Shown: positions 25,269 to 35,700 of the stretch, one piece after another
Position numbering within the stretch: the first letter of the stretch is position 1
Layout of the letters: every line of letters starts with the position of its first letter
Assembly: GCA_965235115.1 (NCBI GenBank)
Contig: OZ249437.1
Location: forward strand, 32,612,001 to 32,676,000
Direction: 5' to 3'
Source: Laetmonice hystrix
Lineage: Eukaryota
Length of the DNA: 64,000 nucleotides
Notes under the pieces: generated by a model
The model's input: the letters and a program-made list of their open reading frames with translations, nothing else
Database searches by the model: none
What the model was told of the DNA's origin: nothing
Position numbers and translations under genes: made by a program

Positions 25269-28200
25269 TTAAATATTAATATTAATATGTTCTAGTGCAG
25301 TCCAAAGGGTTCCCCATTTGTCTATAAACCTATGTATTTTGTTCATGTTAATCGTTATTTCCATTTCAACTTCTAATTCGTACCTCAGTTTCTTTAAAAA
25401 AGCTGGAAGTGTCGGCGCCTGTTCCCTTAACTTTGATTGGTAAATATAATATTTTCCTAATAGCACTACTCCATTCCACGCTGTCACATGTGGACTGTAG
25501 AGCAGGTTTCCGAAAATGACATGCATTTCCGAAATTTCCATTCTGTCATCTATAATATTATTGAACCAGTGTTTCACCTGTTCCCAAAAAGCGTTAACTC
25601 TCTCACATCTATATAGCATATGGGCAATTGTCTCTTTCTCCCCGTCACAAAAGGTGCACAAGTCACTGTCCTTCAGACCCATTTTAAATAGAACTGGATT
25701 TAATACTACCGCATTGTGGAGTACTTTGTATTGAAATTCTGTTATCTTTTTGTTTTTCCATAAAGTGCCGTATAAGGTATAAATCTTCTTCCAAGTTTCG
25801 TCCTTTATATGATACTCTACATTGTATTTCTTCTTTCCCGCTGATTCCCGACATAACTTCTTTTGTATTAACATTCTGTATATTATTTTTGTTGACGTAG
25901 TCTCCAAAACATACGATACTTTCTTATCCCCAATTTTCCCGCTTAACACCAAACCATTTAATGCACTGTCTACAGGTGTTTCGGGGCTTGCAGGTGTTGC
26001 CTTCTGTTTTAAAACTGCGCTTACTAAGCCTCTCCATAACATATAGTATTTTTTTTCAACACCTCTATTACGCCACACTTCAAAGGGGATAGTCTTACCA
26101 TCTTTAAACAAATCTTCAGGGTACCAGATGCCACCTTGAAACATGCTTCTATTAAAAACTGGGTTTTTGTTTATTGGTATGGCGTTGTTATTCCATATAA
26201 ATTTTCTGTTAAACTGGGACACTTTAAACCAGTTTCTCATTATTTCTTGGTGAAAGGGTGGTAGATGTTTTAGACTTCTCATGTCAAGGTTGCTATGTAC
26301 TAAGATTTGTATACCCCCATGCGCAGTGAAAAAATGATTGAATGCTACTTTCCAATGATGCTCCATACCGAAGAAATACCGTTGCAAACATCTGATTCTG
26401 GTGGTTTCAATGCGGGTTTCTAGATCTAACATCTTTTGACCTCCTTCTTCATATTCACCAAACAGAACCTCTCTTCTAATTTTTCCCCTTTTTTTCCCTT
26501 TCCATATAAAATTCCAGATAATATCATTTACTGACTCAATTATATGTTTCGGCACAGTCAGAACAGACATTATATATTCGAATTTAGACAGTCCTAGACT
26601 TTTGCTTACTAGTATTCTGCCATTTAATGTTAAATCTCTCATTTTCCACATATTCAGGGTACTTTTCAAAGAAAGCACCTTTGATTCATAATTCGCCTTC
26701 GCCATATACTGTCTATCGTGACTAACATGAACTCCTAAAATTTTGATGGATGCACTCCACTTCACTCCCAAGGGCTTGTCTATGTTGTTTTGTGCACTTC
26801 CAAGCCACATTGCTTCCGTCTTGTCCATATTGATTTTTAAGCCAGAACACTTTTGAAACTCTTTCACTAGTTGTAAGAATACCTTGGCTGATAATATATC
26901 TCCAAAAAGACCACTAGTATCATCCGCATATAGCGCTAACTTCATTTCGGTATCCCCTAGAATTATTCCTCTAATTTCCTTTTCTTCCCTGACCACATGT
27001 GCTAGCACTTCTATAGCTAAAATGAATAGGTATGGGGACAGAGGGTCCCCTTGTCGTACGCCCCTTTGTAGCTTAAAGTACCCTGAGGTGTAACCATTAT
27101 TGATAGTGCATGCTGAAATCTCAGTGTAAAAGGTCTTGACCCATTTTATGACACCTAGGCCAAAATTGAAATTTTCCATCGTTTTTAACATAAAATTCCA
27201 ATTTAATGAATCAAAAGCCTTTTCGAAATCGATACCGAGCAATACTCCAGGAATTTCTTCTGTGTCCATATATTCCATTACATCTAAAATTTGGCGTATA
27301 TTGTCTCCAATATATCGTCCGTCTACATAGCCCGTTTGATTATGGTGTATAATTTCGGGTAAAACCTTTTTTATTCTGTATGCTATGACTTTTGTCATTA
27401 TCTTATAGTCTGTATTTAAAAGGGAGATGGGGCGCCAGTTTTTCAGCATAAGCCTATCCTTTCCTTTGTCAATCAGGGTAATAACTGCTTGTCTTTGTGA
27501 TACCGTCAAAAGTTGCTTCTCATAACCGTTGTTATAACATGGTATTAATATTTGTTTAATGTCATCCCAAAAGTATTTATAAAATTCTATTGTAAGACCA
27601 TCATTGCCTGGTGATTTGTTATTTTTAAAAGTTCTCATGACGGTTTTGCATTCTTCTTCTGTTATCTTTCCTTCACAGCTGTCTTTTTGTTTTTCCGAGA
27701 GCTTTGGCAAGAATTTGGGGTTGAAGAATTTGTCATTTGTAATTTCTACATGACTGTTGTCATTCTCGCTGTACAGTTTCTCGTAAAAGCGTTTTTCTTC
27801 TGATAAAATCTGTTTTGGATCTGTTGTTAATTCACCTGTTGCCATCTTCAATTTTCTTATATGTTTTTTAATGAAATTTCTTTTTTCTAAGCTCATGAAA
27901 TACTTCGTGCTTTTTTCTCCATGCTCATGCCATCTTGCTTTAGCTCTCAGAATTGTACCTCTTGCTTTTAACATACTGATATTTTCTATCTCCTTCTTTG
28001 CTTCTTCATATTCTAATAGATTGCCCTCAGCTAAGTTTTCTTCAAGTTCTCTCACTTTTGCCAATAATTCATCCTCTCTATCCTTTTGTCTCTGCGTGCG
28101 TTTTTTTGAGTACAATATCGTTTCTTGTCGTATCTTATATTTAATAAATTCCCATGCCTGAGTAATGTCTTCTACCTCTTTCAAATCCTGTCTCCATAAG

Positions 28201-29024
28201 CAGAGCTTTTGTTTCATCATGTTTGTATACGCTGGATCGGATATTAAACTGGAATTGAATTTCCAGTATCCTTTTCCTCTGGGTTGTTCCTCCGTCTGGT
28301 CTAAAGTTAAAGTTATCGCTGAGTGATCGGTGTATTTTGCCGGCGTTATATCTACCGAATTAACATTATCATATACATTTCTTGACAGTAGAAAGAAATC
28401 TAACCTGCACTGTATCAAAGGCGATTTTTGTCTCCAGGTGTACCTTCTTGTATCTGGATTCTTTAATCTCCAGACATCGTCAACTTCATATTGTTCTTTA
28501 ATATCATTTATTTCTTTTATAACCCGTTCTTTGAGATTTATGTTACCACCGCTTTTGTCTATTTGTTGTTGTATAATATTAAAGTCCCCTCCCATTATTA
28601 TCTTTGACTCCGGTCCAACATCCATTTTTTCCAACAGGTTTCTTATGCTTTGAAAAAATTGGATTTGCTGTGGTTCCTGGTTAGGAGCATAAATATTCAG
28701 GATAGTAAATTCTTCATCGTTTATCTTCACTTTTAAAAGTACATATCTTCCATTAACATCTATATCCTCGCTCTGTATCATAAGATCTAAACCTTTTCTG
28801 ATCAAAATCATAGTGCCTCTACTGTGATTGGTTCCATGACTAGTTTTCATGACACCCTCCCACTCATTTCTCCATATGTGTTCTAATTCCTGAGTACTAA
28901 AAGTTTCCTGAAGCAATGCAATGTCCGCTTTTTCCTTTTCGAGCCAAGTAAAAACTGCACTTCGAACTTTCTTGTCATTCAAACCTTTAACGTTAACTGA
29001 TAGGAACTTAATATTTTTATCCAT
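25269..29024 (-). CDS. LINE ORF2: APE endonuclease - reverse transcriptase - C-terminal CCHC (L1/Tx1 clade)
   Basis: APE motifs SVNVKGL, LLQETF, NIYAPN, GGDFN, RLDFFL and TDHSA; RT motifs KSPGNDG, WRPISLLNTDYK, IDFEKAFD, GVRQGDPLSP and YADD; C-terminal CTFC...ETIAHMLYRC. The ORF is uninterrupted. The first ATG is at 29024 (MDKNIKF); the track starts at GTG 29042. Confidence 0.98.
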   Translation of the reverse strand: MDKNIKFLSVNVKGLNDKKVRSAVFTWLEKEKADIALLQETFSTQELEHIWRNEWEGVMKTSHGTNHSRGTMILIRKGLDLMIQSEDIDVNGRYVLLKVKINDEEFTILNIYAPNQEPQQIQFFQSIRNLLEKMDVGPESKIIMGGDFNIIQQQIDKSGGNINLKERVIKEINDIKEQYEVDDVWRLKNPDTRRYTWRQKSPLIQCRLDFFLLSRNVYDNVNSVDITPAKYTDHSAITLTLDQTEEQPRGKGYWKFNSSLISDPAYTNMMKQKLCLWRQDLKEVEDITQAWEFIKYKIRQETILYSKKRTQRQKDREDELLAKVRELEENLAEGNLLEYEEAKKEIENISMLKARGTILRAKARWHEHGEKSTKYFMSLEKRNFIKKHIRKLKMATGELTTDPKQILSEEKRFYEKLYSENDNSHVEITNDKFFNPKFLPKLSEKQKDSCEGKITEEECKTVMRTFKNNKSPGNDGLTIEFYKYFWDDIKQILIPCYNNGYEKQLLTVSQRQAVITLIDKGKDRLMLKNWRPISLLNTDYKIMTKVIAYRIKKVLPEIIHHNQTGYVDGRYIGDNIRQILDVMEYMDTEEIPGVLLGIDFEKAFDSLNWNFMLKTMENFNFGLGVIKWVKTFYTEISACTINNGYTSGYFKLQRGVRQGDPLSPYLFILAIEVLAHVVREEKEIRGIILGDTEMKLALYADDTSGLFGDILSAKVFLQLVKEFQKCSGLKINMDKTEAMWLGSAQNNIDKPLGVKWSASIKILGVHVSHDRQYMAKANYESKVLSLKSTLNMWKMRDLTLNGRILVSKSLGLSKFEYIMSVLTVPKHIIESVNDIIWNFIWKGKKRGKIRREVLFGEYEEGGQKMLDLETRIETTRIRCLQRYFFGMEHHWKVAFNHFFTAHGGIQILVHSNLDMRSLKHLPPFHQEIMRNWFKVSQFNRKFIWNNNAIPINKNPVFNRSMFQGGIWYPEDLFKDGKTIPFEVWRNRGVEKKYYMLWRGLVSAVLKQKATPASPETPVDSALNGLVLSGKIGDKKVSYVLETTSTKIIYRMLIQKKLCRESAGKKKYNVEYHIKDETWKKIYTLYGTLWKNKKITEFQYKVLHNAVVLNPVLFKMGLKDSDLCTFCDGEKETIAHMLYRCERVNAFWEQVKHWFNNIIDDRMEISEMHVIFGNLLYSPHVTAWNGVVLLGKYYIYQSKLREQAPTLPAFLKKLRYELEVEMEITINMNKIHRFIDKWGTLWTALEHININI

Positions 29025-29369
29025 TTCCCTTTTCGTATACACTCATTATCAAATTCTTCTCTCCTACTACCGTATTAATAGAGACTGGTGTTTCATGCCA
29101 TTTACATAACAGAGTACAAAACATAAACACACGATTTACACAAACTATCACAAAGCACGTCTGCTGGGCGACCAACAAATACACCTCCGATAGACACATA
29201 AAACACATAGTGGAGGGCTTGCTTTAGCAATTGACAAGGAAGGTATGCCCTCACCGGCCACGTAGGCCTAACATGGAGAAACCCCTAGTATTGTTATAAT
29301 ACACCTTTTCTGAACTGGCGTCATAAAAGAAGCAAAAGAAAAAGGGGCCGGGAAAAGGATAATCAATGG

Positions 29370-30230
29370 TAATGCCAGGAGCCGGGTGGTCAGGCAAGTG
29401 TGACCGATGACAGCGGCCTGAGACCGGCCAGGTCAGTGAAACATAAACAACCCGAGATCGGCAGTCAGGTAAAGCTCCATCTACTGGAACTCTTAAGGAT
29501 ATACACTCGGGTACCTCAGTTAGTATAAAACAATCTAGCATAATATATCAAGCCCATTTCTTCGAAAATATCTGGAATGAGCATATTTTTTTCCTACATT
29601 TGAGATTTAGATATCGAAAGTTCGAGACGGGCGGATGTCTGCGTAACAGTCATGAACTGCACTCGTATAAAGTGAGAGGGTTGTTTTATCAAGAGCTTCA
29701 GTTGAGGTAATGTCAGAAGCCGCGTGGTCAGGAAGGTGTGACCCACATTTCTCACACTAGTAGACTGCTGCATAACAGCGACCTGAGACCGGTCAGGTCA
29801 ATGAAACATAAACAACCCGAGATCGCCAGTCAGGTAAAGCTCCATCTACTGGAACTCTTAAGGGTATACACTCAGGTAACTCAGTTAGTATAAAACAATC
29901 TAGCACAATTAATGTAACAAGCACATTTCCTCAAAAATATCTGGAATGAGCATGCACCACTCCTACATTTGAGATTTAGATATCGAAAGTTCAAGACGGG
30001 CGGATGTCTGCGTAGCAGTCATGAACTGCACTCGTATAAAAGTTAGAGGGTTGTTTTATCAAGAGCTTCAGTTGAGGTAATGTCAGAAGCCGGGTGGTCA
30101 GGAAGGTGTGACCCACATTTCTCACACTAGTAGACTGCTGCATAACAGCGACCTGAGACCGGTCAGGTCAATGAAACATTGACCCCAGAACTTGTCTATA
30201 AACAAACCGAGATCGGCAGTCAGGTAAAGC
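29370..30230. repeat. Tandem repeat (about 360-370 bp unit, about 2.4 copies) in the inter-ORF spacer of the LINE
   Basis: GCCG(G/C)GTGGTCAGG...CCTGAGACCGG(C/T)CAGGTCA...GAGATCGGCAGTCAGGTAAAGC recurs at about 29381, 29719 and 30089, with a shared CTACATTTGAGATTTAGATATCGAAAG block. Confidence 0.92.
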
Positions 30231-30360
30231 GAGTGTGGCGGTTTCACGAAGTTGTATAGTAGGCCTATATTATATTAAACTTTCGTGTGCCAGGAACAGA
30301 AGAGTATCACCTAACTGATAACCAAATTATTCTTTCTTTCTTTATAGGTCTGAAGATAGT

Positions 30361-31701
30361 TTAGGAGAGGTCATCCCGGATTCGCATCAGGAGTTTCCCC
30401 AGGAGGTTGTTCCCCCAGTTTTCCCGGCCCTCCATGATTTTGCTGTCCCTAAGGCTACGACCGATACCCCAGAACTTGTCATTGGGCGATGCCTCCAGAA
30501 GGATATTCGAGCGAGTTGCGAGAAGGAACTCTCGGATAGCTTGATTCTGCTCGAATTTCGCACGAAGGCCTGGGTAGACAAGATCCTCGGCAGATTTTAT
30601 CCACTCCGTACGATTAAAGTTTTTGATCTTGTAGCCAACCGCTTTGATAGCACCTGGTGATGTGAGCTCCATGACATGATCAGCAGAGATCTGATCATTG
30701 AATTTTAGAGCTTTTTGGCGTTGTAGCCATTGTTCCCCGTTAGCGTAGCGGATTCCCTCCATGACAAATTCAGAGTTGTGAAAGTTACTGAGTGGGGAGG
30801 CCGAGGAGAAGAAGAAGGTGTGGTTGTCGATTATTTTCGATGCTAGATTCTGAGGTTTGAGAGAATCCGGGAGGGTGTGAAGGTTTTTCACGGTGTATGT
30901 CTGGGAGTTGATAACCAGTTTGGCTGCCACCAGTTTGGTGCGTAGGCCTTGATCAATAGCAGCACGTCGAACGGGTAAGAGTTGACGGATGTTGCTTTCA
31001 ACTTCGAGGGGGAAGTGTTCCTTTATAATAACAGGGGAGTTGTTTTGTTTCAGCATGGTTCGACGAGCCCAGATACTGTCCCGATCAAGGCGGCTTACAA
31101 AGGAGACAATGGTAGGCCGGGGTTTCCCGGCGGGACCAGAGAGACGATGAAAGTTATTGAAATATATCTTGCAGAAGTCAACACCAAGCGAGCCGAAGAT
31201 ATCCGTCAGTTTCAGCCTCAAATGGTCTTGAGTTTCGGCTTTCTGATCAGGAATGTTGAGAAGTATTAGATTGTTCTTCTTGCTGTACGCTTCGGCGGTC
31301 AGAAGCTTGTCGTGCAGCTTTGTGTTTTCCTCTCGGAGTGAGTGCACTTGGTTTTGGAGGGCAGCAATGGTTTGTTTGGATTCTTCGGACACGGCCAAGG
31401 CATGGTTTACGCCGTCTTCCAATGCAGTGTAAGAACCTGCGAGATCTTTGAGGTCTCCTGCCATGCCGATTAGGAGCCCCCACATTTTAACCGCCCACGG
31501 AGGGGTGTTCGAGTCGAGGTCAGTGATTTTGGCTATTTTATAGTCAATGTCCGTGGACACCTCGTCCTCGGCAGTTTTATACGCAATGTCCTTGGACGCC
31601 ATTGTGACTGGGCGAAAAGGGGGCAGTTTCTTGTATGCAGGCGAGGTCTCAGGACTGCTACCAGAAACGAAACGTTTTTTACCTTTTGACGGGGTAAACA
31701 T
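30361..31701 (-). CDS. LINE ORF1p (coiled coil - RRM - CTD, L1/Transposase_22-like) fused to a C-terminal NADAR (YbiA-like) domain
   Basis: aa ~83-139 form a heptad-rich coiled coil. aa ~140-272 carry L1-type ORF1 RRM/CTD motifs (YSKKNNLILLNIP, FHRL...KPRPTIVSF, IKEHFP, KLVINSQTY). aa ~294-446 carry NADAR motifs FF...PLSNFH, GEQWLQRQKA, GLRAKFEQN, LEASPNDKFWGIG and GNNLLGKLLMRIR. Confidence 0.92.
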   Translation of the reverse strand: MFTPSKGKKRFVSGSSPETSPAYKKLPPFRPVTMASKDIAYKTAEDEVSTDIDYKIAKITDLDSNTPPWAVKMWGLLIGMAGDLKDLAGSYTALEDGVNHALAVSEESKQTIAALQNQVHSLREENTKLHDKLLTAEAYSKKNNLILLNIPDQKAETQDHLRLKLTDIFGSLGVDFCKIYFNNFHRLSGPAGKPRPTIVSFVSRLDRDSIWARRTMLKQNNSPVIIKEHFPLEVESNIRQLLPVRRAAIDQGLRTKLVAAKLVINSQTYTVKNLHTLPDSLKPQNLASKIIDNHTFFFSSASPLSNFHNSEFVMEGIRYANGEQWLQRQKALKFNDQISADHVMELTSPGAIKAVGYKIKNFNRTEWIKSAEDLVYPGLRAKFEQNQAIREFLLATRSNILLEASPNDKFWGIGRSLRDSKIMEGRENWGNNLLGKLLMRIRDDLS

Positions 31702-32431
31702 GGAGAAAAGGCGGTTGTAGAGGTCTATGGTGCCTGTGGAGTTTGTAGAACGACCAGTATCAGGAATTTTCTTCGAGGTTTTGGGTTAAATCCAGTTTTT
31801 GGCGAGGACGAGGAAAAGGCTGAACTAGTCTGCGGTCGCCATCTTGAATATCTCCTGTTGGATGGATGTTGTTTGATAGATAAGACAGACCCACAGTCTG
31901 GGTCATGGAATGAGTGTATTGAAAGGCTTGGATTTTATGTCGCCTCCGTGCTGTAGAAACATGAATAATTTGTTCAAAGGATTGACGTCCCCTTTTAGTA
32001 TACAGAAGGATCGACGCTCTCGAAAATGGATGAGTAAAAATATCAAAATATTCCTATTAATAAAAAAATCGCACGCATGGTGGACATTTGCATTTCGTAA
32101 AGCAGAAGTTCTTAATGGGAAGGGTTGCTTGTTCCTGCTAGGTTGCTGCATTTCTCATTTTATTAATTACACTTTTTGTTCTCCGTGAATTCTTGGATAA
32201 CCATTTGAACGGTCTAAAGGCTGTCAGACTGGAAGATTTCTAGAAAAACATTAGCAGATAATGAAGGTTTGACGTTTTGTCTGATGACTAGTTGCTGGGT
32301 TGGCATAGGTCTGGAGAATAATGAAAACTGAAAGCAAATGGAAATGGAAGACTTCTTGTAGTCTCTCTCTCTGTTACTTAAATGGATTGCAAATGGGGGA
32401 ACATGCCTCTGCAAATGTAATGGATCTTTAA

Positions 32432-32705
32432 TAGGGGCGCATCCAGTGGGGTTCGACGGTTTTCCGGAAACCAGTTAAAGGTTTAGCCCCCCCCCCCCAG
32501 CAACAAGAAGGATGTCTTTACACAATTATTCTATAAAATATACATTTTCCAGGTGTTATAATTATACAGTCTGAATTTCGGTAATTTTCTCGTTTTTTCT
32601 TTCTGGAGAACATGTCTCGGGCCCGGACACCCCCCCCCCCCCCCCACCCCCCACCCCACCCCTATATTGGAAATCGGTCAAGAAACAGTTCTAGATCCGC
32701 CCCTG
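32432..32705. mobile_element. Short MITE-like element with (C/T)AGGGGCG(G/C)ATC(C/T)AG termini
   Basis: Left TAGGGGCGCATCCAG; the right end reverse-complements to CAGGGGCGGATCTAG; poly-C tracts inside. No clean TSD. Confidence 0.5.
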
Positions 32706-35700
32706 CTTAAGACCATACATTGTTCCTTCTCCAGGAGTATCCCCCCCCCCCAAGAAAAACAAGTATTATTTTTCTCAATAAGTTAACATTTCCCCAGTAC
32801 GTTTGCTCCCTCAGGAAAAAAGGGGCCGTGTGAGAAACCTGATCTACTGACCAGGCGTCGATTGGCTGATTGGTAGCATAGGTATAACGCCGCCTGGTGG
32901 CGAATAAATCAGGGACGTATCACCAGGTGGCGCTACGGCAGCGTCCGAGCAGCGGAGTGCCGAGAGGGTTAATGGTAGGTAATAGCTAGAGGTCAAATGT
33001 CACTGGGAGAAGTGGCTGGTGGCAGGAGGGCAGTGTCGGCTAGAGTAACAATTAGTAAAAACAACATCGCTCTCACCCTCGTTGGAGAGAAGACATTGTC
33101 GGCCAGCAGAACAGAGTAGAACTGTATTTCGAGGCGCCTCTCTGGAGGCTTTTTACCCGAGCCGATGTCTACGAGTCTTTAGTTGTTTATGAAAGGCAAT
33201 TCCGTATTTTTCTATATCACAATTTATCGATTTAGGAAACCACATAATGTGCCGCTCTGTATACTGCATGTTGGGCATGATTTTCTAGATCATGAGTCGA
33301 CGTGATTATTTAATGTACCGCTTGTTTTCACCACACCGACACACGAACCTGTTCAACACCGACCTTAAAAGTACACAACACGTAACTTCATAATAGTTCC
33401 AGGGAATCCCATGCTAACTTCCCGTATCTCTCCACCATATTTGAACATACGCTGGCTTTACAAATATGCCTCCGAGGAAACGGGCTTTTAAGCGACGAAA
33501 TTCGATGTATCCAATAGAATCAACTAAAAAAACTCCTCACGCTTGAATCAATAGGAGTTCGACCCCCCCCCCCCCCCCCTGGGGATTGATCTTTTTCTAC
33601 CATTATTTTGCCTAGAATGAATTCGTCTATGGATTAGGGGTATTTTCTTTCGGATTTAGGGTTAGTTATGGGTTTGGGTTAGGGTTAGTGTTTAGAGTTT
33701 TAAGAATGTCTGCCCTGCGGCCAAGCTCTAAAAAAAACTGAAAAGGATAGCGGAAGTAGATCATTCTGCGCGCACATAAGGGAATTCCCCTTGTTTACCA
33801 GTTATCAAAAAATGGCGAAGCGGTTCGAAGATAGAGCATTAGATCGCAACGGAAACGGCTGAGCGTTCTCACATTACATGTGGTTGGTTTCACTTCAATT
33901 TATTTGAGTTTTGGATGTGATAATAAGCTTTTTACTGGTTTTTAAAACGGTGGAGCTTTAACGTTATTTGCGATTGTTAAAGGTGGTTCAGGTGAACATC
34001 AGGGGTGAACAACCAGACGTAGGAGCTGGCGCAGGTAAAGGACAAGGCCAGGATGGTTAGTTTTGCTGATCTGAAGAACAAAGGGGCAGTTCTACTCAGG
34101 CCCAATATTACACGTTCCTATCCTCAAAGTATATAATCTTATTATCGAGGAAGCGTATGTGGTTTCGTTGGGGTGGGTGGGGGGCTGGTTCTAACTCTGT
34201 CTGAGGGTAATTCGATATGCCTGTCGATATGTCTGAGTCCAAAATCTTGGCCTACTTTAGAAAGTAGATTGCCCCCACCTGCATGGACCCCCTGCGACTT
34301 ACCTGAGCTCGTTTATAAACTGACGTGGTCGTCCTCCCTGCCTTCCTGTCGACGTGTGACAAATTGTGTCAGCCTCGACGTGTTTACACGTGACGCCAAA
34401 TATAGCCAGAGTCATCCTTTAATTGTCCGAACTGCCTTCCATGCATCATTGTCAGCCCCGGAAATTAGTTGTACTGTTTACAAATTATTCACTTTCAGTG
34501 AGACAATGGCGTGTGGTAATCATAGCATCCTTTCCCTCTCCTGTCAGTGTCCTCCATGGGGGTTCTTCCTGCAACGATAGTTTATGGAGACGCTAAGGGT
34601 TGAACCATGTATAAAGGACACATATTTTAAGACTTACGGATGCTTCGCCTGTGTGACTTTGACATAAACAGAGAAGTAGCAGCTGATATGCTCCTTCTTT
34701 GTACCAAATTTGAAAGAAATCGGTATTGTTTTGTTCGAGTAATTGCTCGAAATGTGTTTACTACCAAGAGGCCATTTTAATTGATATCAACAATCTGTTT
34801 CACATGCATCATCGTCAGACCGTCCCTGATTATTGTGTAAGGTTTCATACAATTTGACCCATACACTTCTTGTTTTTTTACGACGTGAAATGCTGGCTCC
34901 AGCCCTCGGTATTATAACAACGGACCCGGGACTTTCGATTGGAGCTCAAGTCAGTCTGGGGAGGACCTTCCATCATTGACAATCCGTCTGTGCAGTTCAC
35001 ATGATGAGAAGATTAACAGGGGGAAAACAACAAAAAGCAAAACAACAACCCACCCCAGCCCCAAAATAATTAATTTACTATGAATTTCTCACCACATTTG
35101 TTAAAATAGCGTTATTCTCCAATGAACTCAAGCTGGAGACTTCTGGTTGGTCTGAACGACCGAGTGAAAACTGTGGAAGAAAAGGCTATAGTTACTATTA
35201 AGCATCTATTGGAAGTCATATGCTCTTTCCTTTCGCACCATTGTCATTGATGATGACGATATACTTCGACCATTCCTGACCTTAATTCGGTACTTTACCG
35301 AATATTACCTATACATGGGGTCATTGGTCACGATATTGAGAACGAACTGGTAAAGTTTCGAATTGAAAACATTGAGAGAGTTTTGGCCAATTTTCTGTCG
35401 CAATCTTGATGATATCCGCGCAGTGCCATTATGTAGAACACTGCTGCCCTGTTGTTCCTTCGTTCCGTTTTATACGACGTTTTCTGACCCCGGTGACGTC
35501 ACAGACTTTCCGGTTCCGATTAAAGAACGCCACCTGATTGGTTAAGCGGTGGGGGTGTGGCAGGGGGGAAGATTCAATGGCGACATCCATGAAGTAGTGA
35601 GATTCTACATAAAAACCAGGCATTATGGCGAATATCTCAGCTATTCAAGGTTGTTTTCTTTTTGGTGCGAATTGTTAGTTTATATCGCTGTTTACCACAG

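Larger units (their letters stand above)
25113..31850 (-). mobile_element. Apparently full-length L1/Tx1-clade non-LTR retrotransposon
   Basis: Minus-strand order is CAAGATGGCG (YY1-like 5' motif, 31846-31837), ORF1, a 1.3-kb spacer, ORF2, a short 3' UTR, then AATAAA and an A-tail (T-tract 25113-25150 on +). No TSD was identified, so the 5' limit is approximate. Confidence 0.85.

Noticed and set aside
25516-29109. Short + strand ORFs antisense to LINE ORF2 (and similar antisense ORFs in the DIRS element)
   Set aside because: Shadow ORFs of the real coding frames with no independent motifs.
34870-34990. Minus-strand peptide RVRCYNTEGWS resembling the end of a fibronectin type III domain
   Set aside because: It is a single short motif with no other FN3 exons found and weak splice context.
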